In this document: positions 1 to 8,926 of the stretch, in pieces
Position numbering within the stretch: the stretch's first letter is position 1
Layout: the number at the start of each line of letters is the position of its first letter
From: Clostridium sp. CAG:780
GTDB taxonomy: Bacteria > Bacillota > Clostridia > TANB77 > CAG-508
Direction of reading: 5' to 3'
Length of the DNA: 64,000 bases
Assembly: GCA_000434195.1 (NCBI GenBank)
Contig: HF994452.1
Location: 1,829 to 65,828, forward strand
Notes under the pieces: generated by a model
Seen by the model: only the letters and a program-made list of their open reading frames with translations
Database searches by the model: none
Told to the model about the DNA's origin: nothing
Translations under genes and position numbers: made by a program

Positions 1-25
1 CCCTACGGAGAAAGAACTACCTAAA

Positions 26-286
26 ATGCTGGCAAAGATTGACAGCATTAACCAGAACGGAAATGCGCTTTGGACTAACTATCTAAAAAAGTGCATCCAA
101 ACGGCGGTAAATAGAGGCCAAATAGCGGTTCACTTGAACTTGGTGTTCAGGTATCCCATTTTGGTTGCGAAGGGTGACACAATCATTGTTACCTACGAAC
201 CCAAAGAGGTTCGTAAAGTGCTGACCAAGTATATGGAAATCTTTAAAAAGGATAAAAGGGCTATCGTGTGGCGCTGGAAAGAATAA
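26..286 (+). CDS. hypothetical small protein, possibly 5'-partial; paralog of 464..883
   Basis: ORF track. The frame has no stop back to base 2, so the start may lie outside the window. The C-terminus TIIVTYEPKEV...KRAIVWRWKE parallels STIIIMRPGEI...GRDIFWRWNA of the next ORF. The segment is visibly more GC-rich than the rest. Confidence 0.5.
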   Translation: MLAKIDSINQNGNALWTNYLKKCIQTAVNRGQIAVHLNLVFRYPILVAKGDTIIVTYEPKEVRKVLTKYMEIFKKDKRAIVWRWKE

Positions 287-296
287 AAGGCACTGA

Positions 297-323
297 CCTT
301 CGACCGTTTTTTTCGGTCGAAGG
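297..323 (+). terminator. perfect 10-bp hairpin (ccttcgaccg / cggtcgaagg) with a T7 loop
   Basis: Read directly. It lies just after the stop at 286. There is no U-tract after the stem, so terminator function is uncertain. Confidence 0.45.
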
Positions 324-341
324 CCTATTAATTTACATAAT

Positions 342-370
342 TTGACAAAAGACCAAAAAACTGCTATAAT
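342..370 (+). promoter_or_regulatory. consensus sigma-A promoter: TTGACA, 17-nt spacer, TGcTATAAT
   Basis: TTGACA at 342-347 and TATAAT at 365-370, with TG at 362-363 (extended -10). The spacer is exactly 17 nt. Confidence 0.7.
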
Positions 371-463
371 AACTATATTACAACCAAACAATGCTAACAG
401 CATAAAAGCAACAAGTTTCAAAATATGTTTGTTAGCTAATGTGCAAAAGAAAGGGTGAAAACA

Positions 464-883
464 ATGGAACGGACAAATGAGAAGGGAAAGTTCTATGTAG
501 AACTGCAAGTACCCATGAGCGACTACGAACGTTTCGACATCTATTTTGTTGATAGAGAAGACAGACGCACAGTGTTCACGAATTTGCTTGAAGTACCAAG
601 CAAAGAGAATATGCCGGCATTCGAAAAAAGCTGTGAAAAGATGCTCAAAAAGTACAAGAACGCTCCGTGGGTGTACTACTTTATTCACAGAGTACGCGAG
701 ACGAGCCTGAACAATCAAAAGTATCTCGAGTTAAACCTCTTCATTAATTATACTTGTATTATCAAGAAAAGCGATAGTACAATTATAATTATGAGACCTG
801 GAGAGATTGCAAAGGCTCTCTACAGAAATTTGATCCGGGAAGACTCCTCTGGAAGAGACATCTTCTGGAGATGGAATGCCTAA
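464..883 (+). CDS. hypothetical protein, WRW C-terminus, paralog of 26..286
   Basis: The ORF track gives 455..883 with a GTG start. ATG 464 follows aaaggg by about 9 nt, so I prefer 464. The C-terminal similarity to the upstream ORF supports a real gene. Confidence 0.55.
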   Translation: MERTNEKGKFYVELQVPMSDYERFDIYFVDREDRRTVFTNLLEVPSKENMPAFEKSCEKMLKKYKNAPWVYYFIHRVRETSLNNQKYLELNLFINYTCIIKKSDSTIIIMRPGEIAKALYRNLIREDSSGRDIFWRWNA

Positions 884-894
884 TCTGCACATAA

Positions 895-928
895 AAGATT
901 CCTGACAATATAGTTGGGAATCTTTTTT
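895..928 (+). terminator. rho-independent terminator
   Basis: Stem aagattcc (895-902) / ggaatctt (917-924), followed by a T-run to 928. Confidence 0.7.
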
Positions 929-959
929 GCTTTAAAACAGTTAAATTTGTCAAAAACGG

Positions 960-988
960 TTGAAATAATTGTGCTTTATAGATATAAT
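960..988 (+). promoter_or_regulatory. sigma-A promoter TTGAAA-17-TATAAT upstream of rpiA
   Basis: TTGAAA at 960-965, TATAAT at 983-988, 17-nt spacer. Confidence 0.6.
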
Positions 989-1027
989 ATAAAAGAAATT
1001 TTGATAATTAATTTGGAGGAAAAATAA

Positions 1028-1729
1028 ATGGAATGGAATAGAGAAATCATGCAAAAACCTATGTGGAAAGAAGAAATATCTAATAGAGAAGAAAAAGAAA
1101 AAATAGCAAGAAGAATGGCGGAAAAAGTACAAGATGGAGAAGTTGTAGGCTTTGGTTCTGGGTCAACATCATATCTAACTGCCATAGAAATTGCAAACAA
1201 AATCCAAAAAGAAAATATAACAATAACAGCAATTCCAACGTCATATGAAATAAAAATGCTATGCACATATCTAAACATTCCAACAGCAACAATAGACGAA
1301 AAAAAGCCTGACTGGTGTTTTGATGGAGCAGATGAAGTAGATAATGACAAATGGCTAATAAAAGGCAGAGGAGCAGCGATGTTTAATGAAAAATTAAACA
1401 TTAAGTCAGCAGCCAAAACTTATATTTTAGTAGACAAATCAAAACTAGTAAACAAATTAGGAACCAATTTCCCAATACCAGTAGAATGCACACCAAAAGC
1501 CATAAATCTAGTAAAAGAAGAACTTTACAAATTAGGAGCAAGCAGTATAGAATTAAGATTAGCACTTAAAAAAGATGGACCTGTTATTACAGAAAACGGA
1601 AATATAATATTAGATGCAAAATTTGAAAATATTGATGAAACTCTTGAAAGAAGATTGAAAAACATTACAGGAGTAATAGAAACAGGATTATTTATAGGAT
1701 ACAATGTAGAAATAATCACAGGAGAATAA
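1028..1729 (+). CDS. rpiA: ribose-5-phosphate isomerase A
   Basis: GFGSGSTSYL, DGADEVD and KGRGAAMFNEK motifs are typical of RpiA. GGAGG lies 8 nt upstream of the ATG. Confidence 0.85.
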   Translation: MEWNREIMQKPMWKEEISNREEKEKIARRMAEKVQDGEVVGFGSGSTSYLTAIEIANKIQKENITITAIPTSYEIKMLCTYLNIPTATIDEKKPDWCFDGADEVDNDKWLIKGRGAAMFNEKLNIKSAAKTYILVDKSKLVNKLGTNFPIPVECTPKAINLVKEELYKLGASSIELRLALKKDGPVITENGNIILDAKFENIDETLERRLKNITGVIETGLFIGYNVEIITGE

Positions 1730-1745
1730 AGGAAGGACAATTTAT

Positions 1746-2852
1746 ATGAAAAAATTGTTATTTGCAGCAGTTAGCCTGGATGTGGGTGGAATTGAAACGG
1801 CATTAGTAACGCTATTAAATTACCTAGCAAAAGAGAGAAAATACGATATAACTCTTGTGCTAGAAAGAAAAGAAGGAATCTTTTTAGATACTATAGATCC
1901 AGCTATTAAAATTATAGAATATACACCAAATGCTGACAAAAATATAATAACTAGAAAAATAAAAAACTTAGCAAAGCAGATTAAGTTTAAGGCAAAATAT
2001 AAAAACAAATACGACTTTTCAGCGTCATATGCAACATACTCAAAGCCCGCTTCTTTCGTGGCAAGAACAGCTTCAAAGAATTCGGCATTGTGGGTTCATG
2101 GAGACTATATGACAATGTTTAAAGAAGATAAGAAAGAATATATTAACTTCTTTAGAGAGCTAAAATCAAAAAAATTCAAAGAAATAGTATTTGTGTCCGA
2201 AACGGCTAAAAATGTATTCATAAAAGAGATAAAAACCAAACAAAGTGTGGAAGTAATACATAATTTGATTAATTATGAAAACATTATTGAAAAATCTAAA
2301 GAGCAAATCGAAGATGTTAAAAAAAGTGAAATATATACTTTTTTGAATGTCGGAAGACATACAGAAGAGGACAAAAAATTATCTAGAATAATTGAGGCGT
2401 CGAAGTTACTAAAACAAGATAATTTGAAATTTAGAATAGTAATGATAGGAACAGGGAAAGATGATAAAGACTACAAAAAGCTGGTAAGCAAATATAACTT
2501 ACAAGATCAGATACTATTCTTAGGCCAAAAATCTAATCCTTATCCATATTTTAAAATAGCTGATAGTCTTTTAATCACATCTGAGCACGAAGGATTTCCT
2601 GTTGTGTATATCGAAGCTATGACATTGGGACTACCGATATTAACAACAGAGGTCTCTGACAGTAAAAAAGTTATACAGAACAAATATGGTATAGTGACAA
2701 ATAAAGATGTAGATTCAATATATAAAGCAATGAAACTAGCCATTAATCAGGGTATACAAAATGAAGAAACTTTTAATTGTGAAGAGTATAATAATCAAAT
2801 TAAACAAAAATTAAATATATTGATAAATAATTGTGGAGGAAAAGATGAATAA
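1746..2852 (+). CDS. glycosyltransferase family 4
   Basis: C-terminal EHEGFPVVYIEAMTLGLPILTTE (E-x7-E region of GT-B/GT4 enzymes). Confidence 0.8.
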   Translation: MKKLLFAAVSLDVGGIETALVTLLNYLAKERKYDITLVLERKEGIFLDTIDPAIKIIEYTPNADKNIITRKIKNLAKQIKFKAKYKNKYDFSASYATYSKPASFVARTASKNSALWVHGDYMTMFKEDKKEYINFFRELKSKKFKEIVFVSETAKNVFIKEIKTKQSVEVIHNLINYENIIEKSKEQIEDVKKSEIYTFLNVGRHTEEDKKLSRIIEASKLLKQDNLKFRIVMIGTGKDDKDYKKLVSKYNLQDQILFLGQKSNPYPYFKIADSLLITSEHEGFPVVYIEAMTLGLPILTTEVSDSKKVIQNKYGIVTNKDVDSIYKAMKLAINQGIQNEETFNCEEYNNQIKQKLNILINNCGGKDE

Positions 2853-3921
2853 AAGTGAATTTGTATTTTCAATAATAATTCCGGTATATAATACAGAAAA
2901 GTATATAGAAAAGTGTTTAAATTCCGTATTAGATGCAATGGATACAGACTGTGAAGTTATTATAGTTAATGATGGAGCAACTGACGATTCAGAAAAAATA
3001 ATAAAACAATTTATAAACAATTTACCAGAGAAGTATAAAGAAAACTTTTTATATACTAAAAAGAAAAACAAAGGTTTAGCGGACACCAAAAATGTCGGTA
3101 TAGAGATGGCTAGAGGTAAATTTATAAGCGTTGTTGATTCTGATGATTACATCGACAAAAATTTTTACAAGATTGCTAGAGAATATATAAATAACTATGA
3201 TGTTATTATATATGACTTATATGTTGTTTTTGAAAAAAATCCAATATACAATTACACATCAAGAGCGTATAAAGAAGATAAAGAAAACTTCTTAGAGGGA
3301 TTACTAGATGGAGCAATGTCTGGATCGTCTTGCAATAAAATAATAAAAAAAGAGTTATATAATGATTTTAAATTTCCGGTAGGAAAGCAATATGAGGATG
3401 TTGCTGTAACACCATTTATATTGACTAATGCAAAAAATATCAAGTATATGCCATATCCATTTTACTATTACTTGCAAAGAGAGAAATCGATAGTTGCAAC
3501 CAATACGTATGTTTCAGCTTTTTATAAAATTTGCGAAAATATATCGGAAGTTATAAGAAAACAGAATAATGAATTTGAAAAATATAAATATATAGTAAAT
3601 GAATTTATTACAATAAGAATATTAGAAATATTTAATGAGGACTTTAATAAAAATAAAGAAAAATTTGTGTCAAACTTAGAAGATTTTGAGAAGAAAAATA
3701 AGAATACTATAAATTATATATTAGAGAGTAATATGCTTTATAGTTTAAATAACGGATATTCAGAACGACAAAAGAAATTATTGCAAGATATTTTTAAAGC
3801 CCTATCAGAGGGAAATTGCGGAAAAGTAAAAGAAATATTAACCAAAAGAAAAATAGTGAATTATTTTAGAAATATATTAATGAGCACAAAAACGCTATTG
3901 AAATCAATAGTAAATAGATAA
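2845..3921 (+). CDS. glycosyltransferase family 2
   Basis: FSIIIPVYNTEKYIEKCL, IIVNDGATDDS and VDSDDY (DxD). The ORF track starts at 2833, but ATG 2845 has GGAGG 5 nt upstream. Confidence 0.8.
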   Translation: MNKSEFVFSIIIPVYNTEKYIEKCLNSVLDAMDTDCEVIIVNDGATDDSEKIIKQFINNLPEKYKENFLYTKKKNKGLADTKNVGIEMARGKFISVVDSDDYIDKNFYKIAREYINNYDVIIYDLYVVFEKNPIYNYTSRAYKEDKENFLEGLLDGAMSGSSCNKIIKKELYNDFKFPVGKQYEDVAVTPFILTNAKNIKYMPYPFYYYLQREKSIVATNTYVSAFYKICENISEVIRKQNNEFEKYKYIVNEFITIRILEIFNEDFNKNKEKFVSNLEDFEKKNKNTINYILESNMLYSLNNGYSERQKKLLQDIFKALSEGNCGKVKEILTKRKIVNYFRNILMSTKTLLKSIVNR

Positions 3922-3933
3922 TAGGAGGAAAAA

Positions 3934-5733
3934 ATGACAAAGAAAATACATTATTGCTGGTTTGGTGGAAAGCCATTACCTAAGTCGGTAAAAGATTGCA
4001 TAAAAACGTGGAAAAAATTTCTACCAGATTATGAAATAAAAGAATGGAACGAAAGTAATTTTGATATTAATAGTTTTCCTTTTGTAAAAGAAGCCTATGA
4101 AAGTAAAAAATGGGCTTTTGTCAGCGACTATGTAAGAATTTATGCGCTTTATAAAGAAGGTGGATTATATTTAGATACAGATATGAAAATCCTAAAAGAT
4201 CCATCAGATATATTCAATAAAGATATGATACTGGGCTTTGAAGATAGTGGATATGTTGGAACTGCAATGATATATGTCAAAGAAGCAAAAAATAAATATA
4301 TAAAAGAGATTATGGAATATTACAATAAGATTAAGCATTTTAACCCGGAAATTATGTACAATTTTGCAAATCCAGTAATTATAACTAAAACATTACAAAA
4401 ATATGATAGTGTTTTAATAAATAATAATATTACTGTGGTAGATGGTAATGTGTATGTATATCCAAGAGAGTACTTTTATCCATTGAACTATAATTATTCG
4501 GAAAAAGTCTATACACAAAATACATATATGGTACATTTATTTAAGGCAACATGGACTGACAATGGAGAAAAGAGAACGATTGGAATATATAGAACTTTTG
4601 GACCAAGTGCTGGAAAAAGAATAAATCATGCAATAGACTTTATATTTGGACTAAAAAATAAAACAATAAACTTACTAAAAAAAATATATTGTTGGCTTAG
4701 AATGAAAGCATCCATATATATAAATAGAGGAAAAAGAGTAAGAAGAATACAAGAGGAACTTTCACAGAAAAAAGAAGAATATTTAGTTATTGCTCATCCT
4801 GATTTAAATGAAGAAACTGAAGGCATAATTCCATTGCTAAAAAATGAGTGCATATATGTAAGAGAACAATATACAAATAAAGAGGCAAGATTAATAGCTC
4901 AGGCCATAGCTAATACTGGTAAAAAGACTGTAATATTTAACTCGTATATTGATGGATGGGACAAGATAATAAAAGAACTAAAAACCATAAATCAAAATAT
5001 ATCAATAAAAGTGTTAATCCACAAAAATCATGATTCTTTAAAAGAGGACTGCACATGGAATTACTTTGATCTATTATTAGATTTATACAATAAGAAATGG
5101 GTAAATGAATTCGTAGTATTTAAAAAGAGTTTATACGAATTCTACAAACAAAAGGGGTATAAAGTTTCATATCTTAGCAAGTACCTTGCTAATGAGGAAA
5201 TACCACAATTAAAAGAAACAGCAATAGAGAACGATTATATAAGAATAGGAATATACAATGCTGAAAATAAAGAAAACAAAGAAATATATAATCAAATATG
5301 TGCTATCAGTTTAATGGAACTTGCTAAATTGGATTGTATGCCATTAAATTACAAAATTGCAAAAATATGTAGAAGATTTAACGTGAATGTAGGAGGAAAA
5401 TCAGGAAAAGTATCTAGAAAAGAAATGCAACAAAAAATGGCACAAAATGATATAAATCTTTTTATAAGTGAGTTTGATGAGACGTCAATTATGCCATTGG
5501 AAAGTTTAGAGCTTGGAACTATATGCTTAGTGGATAATAATTCAGAATATTTTAGAAACAGTGAACTAGAAAAATATTTAGTATTAGAAAAGCAAAATGA
5601 CATAATAGAAATATATAATAAAATAAATTATGCTCTACAAAATAAAGAGAAGATCCTAGAATTATACAAAAAATGGAAAGTGGAGTATAATGCAAAAGCA
5701 GAGGAAAATGTTAAGAAATTTTTAGAAAAATAA
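3934..5733 (+). CDS. two-domain glycosyltransferase (GT32-like N-terminus, GT-B/GT4-like C-terminus)
   Basis: N-terminus: IHYCWFGGKPLP and DYVRIYALYKEGGLYLDTD (DxD), as in Gly_transf_sug/GT32. C-terminus: SEFDETSIMPLESLELG resembles an E-x7-E region. Confidence 0.65.
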   Translation: MTKKIHYCWFGGKPLPKSVKDCIKTWKKFLPDYEIKEWNESNFDINSFPFVKEAYESKKWAFVSDYVRIYALYKEGGLYLDTDMKILKDPSDIFNKDMILGFEDSGYVGTAMIYVKEAKNKYIKEIMEYYNKIKHFNPEIMYNFANPVIITKTLQKYDSVLINNNITVVDGNVYVYPREYFYPLNYNYSEKVYTQNTYMVHLFKATWTDNGEKRTIGIYRTFGPSAGKRINHAIDFIFGLKNKTINLLKKIYCWLRMKASIYINRGKRVRRIQEELSQKKEEYLVIAHPDLNEETEGIIPLLKNECIYVREQYTNKEARLIAQAIANTGKKTVIFNSYIDGWDKIIKELKTINQNISIKVLIHKNHDSLKEDCTWNYFDLLLDLYNKKWVNEFVVFKKSLYEFYKQKGYKVSYLSKYLANEEIPQLKETAIENDYIRIGIYNAENKENKEIYNQICAISLMELAKLDCMPLNYKIAKICRRFNVNVGGKSGKVSRKEMQQKMAQNDINLFISEFDETSIMPLESLELGTICLVDNNSEYFRNSELEKYLVLEKQNDIIEIYNKINYALQNKEKILELYKKWKVEYNAKAEENVKKFLEK

Positions 5734-5758
5734 GGAATAGAGAATAAAGGGAGAAAAT

Positions 5759-5953
5759 ATGGAGTTAGTTGATGAATTAAGAATAAAGAATGAAGAATTA
5801 GAACTTGAAAACAAAATTCTAATAGAAAAAGTAAAAGAGAATAAACTTCTGAAAAAAGAAAACAAGGAAATGAGAGAACAGTTGGATTCAATACTATATT
5901 CTAGAAGTTACAAAATTGTAAATAAGATAAGTAATATAATAAAAAGGAGCTAA
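5759..5953 (+). CDS. small coiled-coil protein
   Basis: 64-aa ORF filling the gap between two GT genes. Heptad-like E/K/L-rich sequence, with gggag upstream of the ATG. Confidence 0.45.
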   Translation: MELVDELRIKNEELELENKILIEKVKENKLLKKENKEMREQLDSILYSRSYKIVNKISNIIKRS

Positions 5954-5955
5954 AA

Positions 5956-6984
5956 GTGGAAAAAGAAGAAATGAAAAATACTAAGCCTAGAATTGCCTTA
6001 ATGATAGACAAAGAGGGATGGGCCCTTGACAATTCGGCTAAACAAATAAAAAAATATTTATCAGATTATTATGATATAGACATAATACCAATGGATATTT
6101 TTGGAGATAATGCTATTAAGATATTAATACTAGCAAATTTATATGACTTGATGTTCTTTATGTGGAGAGGAAATATATCATGGCTATATAGTGATTTCTC
6201 TAAAGAATATATTTCTAATTTGGGCTTTGAATATGAAGAGTTTATTGAAAAATATTTGAGAGGTCAAAATATAGTTACAGCTGTTTATGATCATTTGTTT
6301 TTAGAAGAACAAAAAGAAAGAACTGAATTCATCTTCAATAATGTTAAAGACTACATTGTTTCTTCTGAAAAGTTACAAACAATATATGATAAATATCCAA
6401 ACATAAAAAAACCAAGTATGGTAATTGCTGATGGTGTGGATTTAGATTTGTTTAAACCTAAGGGTTCAAAAGAAAACAGCTCAAATAAAACATTGATAAT
6501 AGGATGGACTGGAAATAGCAAGTTTACAGATGCGACAGATGACGATTTAAAGGGAGTAACAAAAATAATAATGCCAGCAATAAAAGAACTAAAAGAAGAA
6601 GGATATGATATAACATTAAATGTTGCAGATAGAAATGTAAAAATGATTGCTCATGAGGACATGCCTGAATATTATAATGGCATAGATATTTATGTTTGTG
6701 CTTCGAGAACAGAAGGAACGCCAAACACAGTACTTGAAGCGATGGCATGTGGAGTGCCGGTTATCTCTACTGATGTAGGAATTGTTCCGGAAGTATTTGG
6801 AGAGAAACAAAAAGAGTTTATCATTAAAAGAGATAAAAATGAGTTAAAAGATAAAATAAAAGAGCTAATAAATGATAGAAAAAAACGTCAAGAACTATCA
6901 GAGGAAAACCTAAAACAAATAAAAGAGTGGTCGTGGAAAAATAAAGCAAAATTGTTTAAGGAATTTTTTGATAAAAATTTATAA
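5956..6984 (+). CDS. glycosyltransferase family 4
   Basis: SRTEGTPNTVLEAMACGVPVISTDVG. GTG start with AGGAG 6 nt upstream. Confidence 0.8.
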   Translation: MEKEEMKNTKPRIALMIDKEGWALDNSAKQIKKYLSDYYDIDIIPMDIFGDNAIKILILANLYDLMFFMWRGNISWLYSDFSKEYISNLGFEYEEFIEKYLRGQNIVTAVYDHLFLEEQKERTEFIFNNVKDYIVSSEKLQTIYDKYPNIKKPSMVIADGVDLDLFKPKGSKENSSNKTLIIGWTGNSKFTDATDDDLKGVTKIIMPAIKELKEEGYDITLNVADRNVKMIAHEDMPEYYNGIDIYVCASRTEGTPNTVLEAMACGVPVISTDVGIVPEVFGEKQKEFIIKRDKNELKDKIKELINDRKKRQELSEENLKQIKEWSWKNKAKLFKEFFDKNL

Positions 6985-6997
6985 AGTAGAGGTTAGA

Positions 6998-7948
6998 ATG
7001 ATAAAAATCAGTATAATAGTACCAATATACAATGTTGAAAAACAGTTAGAAAGATGTATCAAGAGCTTATTGACTCAAGAAGATAAAGATTTACAAACAG
7101 AAATTATATTAGTAAATGACGGTTCAACAGATGACTCTGGCAAAATAGCAAAGGAATATGCATTAAAATATAAAGATAAAATTATATACTTAGAAAAAGA
7201 AAATGGAGGCCTTTCTGATGCAAGAAACTATGGAATGAGTTATGCAACAGGACAATATATTGCGTTTGTGGATTCAGATGATTATATAAGTGAAGAACTA
7301 TATCCAAAGCTTGTAAAGTACATGATAGATGATTATGATTTAATAAAAATAAAAATAGCAAAAGTAGACGAGCAAGGGGATATAATAGATAAGAATTATA
7401 GCCCGGAATTTTATAATAAAACTGGTGAAGAAGCTTTTGAAATATTGTATAAATCAGATGTGATGACAGAAGTGGCCTGGAGTTACATATATAAAACAAG
7501 TTTTATTAAAGAAAATAATTTTAAATTTGCAAAAGGATTATATCACGAAGATTTTGGACTAGTACCTCTAATAATTCTAAAAGCAAAAAAAGTTGCCTCA
7601 ACCAATGTAGGAACATATAATTATGTACAAACACAGAACAGTATTACAAGAGGGCAGAATTCGAAAAAAGTGAAAATGGCAAAAGATTTACTAGCACACT
7701 ATGATAACATGATAAAAGAGATTGCTACTTATGATGTTTCAAGAAAATCAAAGGAAAATCTAAAAATATATTATACAAACTGTATTATATTGAATACAAT
7801 TAACTTGCAAGGAAGCGACAGGAAAAACTATATAAAAGAAATACGAAAAAGAAAAATGACTCGAAATATAAAGACTAGAAATATCAAACAATTAATAAAA
7901 AAAGTAATCCTAGCAATAAATATAGAATGGTATTTAAAATTAAGATAA
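6998..7948 (+). CDS. glycosyltransferase family 2
   Basis: ISIIVPIYNVEKQLERC, LVNDGSTDDS and VDSDDYI. The ORF track starts at 6968, but ATG 6998 has gaggt upstream and matches the paralog's start. Confidence 0.8.
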   Translation: MIKISIIVPIYNVEKQLERCIKSLLTQEDKDLQTEIILVNDGSTDDSGKIAKEYALKYKDKIIYLEKENGGLSDARNYGMSYATGQYIAFVDSDDYISEELYPKLVKYMIDDYDLIKIKIAKVDEQGDIIDKNYSPEFYNKTGEEAFEILYKSDVMTEVAWSYIYKTSFIKENNFKFAKGLYHEDFGLVPLIILKAKKVASTNVGTYNYVQTQNSITRGQNSKKVKMAKDLLAHYDNMIKEIATYDVSRKSKENLKIYYTNCIILNTINLQGSDRKNYIKEIRKRKMTRNIKTRNIKQLIKKVILAINIEWYLKLR

Positions 7949-7960
7949 AAGGAGATTAAG

Positions 7961-8914
7961 ATGCCAAAAGTAAGCATTATAGTTCCAATTTATAATGTGG
8001 AAGAATATTTAGAAAGATGCATAAATTCACTTATAGGACAAACATTAGAAGATATACAGATAATATTAGTAAATGATGGTTCGACAGATAAATCGGGAGA
8101 GATAGCAAAAGGGTATGCATCTAAATATAAAGAAAAAATTATGTATTTAGAAAAAACGAATGGAGGCCTTTCGGATGCTAGAAACTATGGACTTCCTTAT
8201 GCAACAGGAGAATATATAGCATTTCTGGATTCTGATGACTACATAGAAAAAGAAGCATATCAAGAAATGTATGAAAAAGCAAAACAAGAAAATGCTGATT
8301 TTGTGGAATGTGATTTTTTGTGGGAATATCCTGATAAAATAAAAAAGGATAAAAGATATGAATATAAGAACAAAAAAGAAATGCTGGCATTTGTGAGAGT
8401 TGTAGCATGGAATAAATTAATAAAAAATGAAGTGATAGAAAAAAACAAATTAGAATTTCCAAAGGGATTACGTTATGAAGATATAGAATTTACATATAAA
8501 ATGATACCACATTTAACTAAAACTGCGTACGTGGACAAATGCTTTGTTCATTATGTACAAAGAGATAATTCAATAGCTAATGTTCAAAACTCAAGAACAG
8601 CTGAGATATTCACTATATTAGATGATGTTATAAAATATTATAAAGAAAATGGATTTTATGAAGAATATAAAGCAGAGTTAGAATACAATTATGCTAGATA
8701 TTTGCTATGCAGTTCATTAAAAAGAATCTGCAAAGTTCAAGACAAGGTAACCCGAAAAAAATTAATAAATGAAACTTGGAATAAACTAAATTCGGAATTC
8801 CCGAACTGGAAGAAAAACAAGATATTAAATACTGTAAATATCGGAAAAAACAAATACATGAGGACAATAAATAAATTTACATACAAGATATATGCAACAA
8901 TATTTAGCATATAG
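7961..8914 (+). CDS. glycosyltransferase family 2 (tandem paralog of 6998..7948)
   Basis: VSIIVPIYNVEEYLERC, LVNDGSTDKS and LDSDDYI. The N-terminal half is very similar to the preceding gene. Confidence 0.8.
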   Translation: MPKVSIIVPIYNVEEYLERCINSLIGQTLEDIQIILVNDGSTDKSGEIAKGYASKYKEKIMYLEKTNGGLSDARNYGLPYATGEYIAFLDSDDYIEKEAYQEMYEKAKQENADFVECDFLWEYPDKIKKDKRYEYKNKKEMLAFVRVVAWNKLIKNEVIEKNKLEFPKGLRYEDIEFTYKMIPHLTKTAYVDKCFVHYVQRDNSIANVQNSRTAEIFTILDDVIKYYKENGFYEEYKAELEYNYARYLLCSSLKRICKVQDKVTRKKLINETWNKLNSEFPNWKKNKILNTVNIGKNKYMRTINKFTYKIYATIFSI

Positions 8915-8926
8915 AAAGGGAGTATA

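Noticed and set aside
83-718. 211-aa minus-strand ORF spanning the GC-rich segment
   Set aside because: It runs antisense across two plus-strand ORFs, the hairpin and the consensus promoter. It has no RBS or recognisable motif. The less AT-rich composition alone explains the lack of stops.
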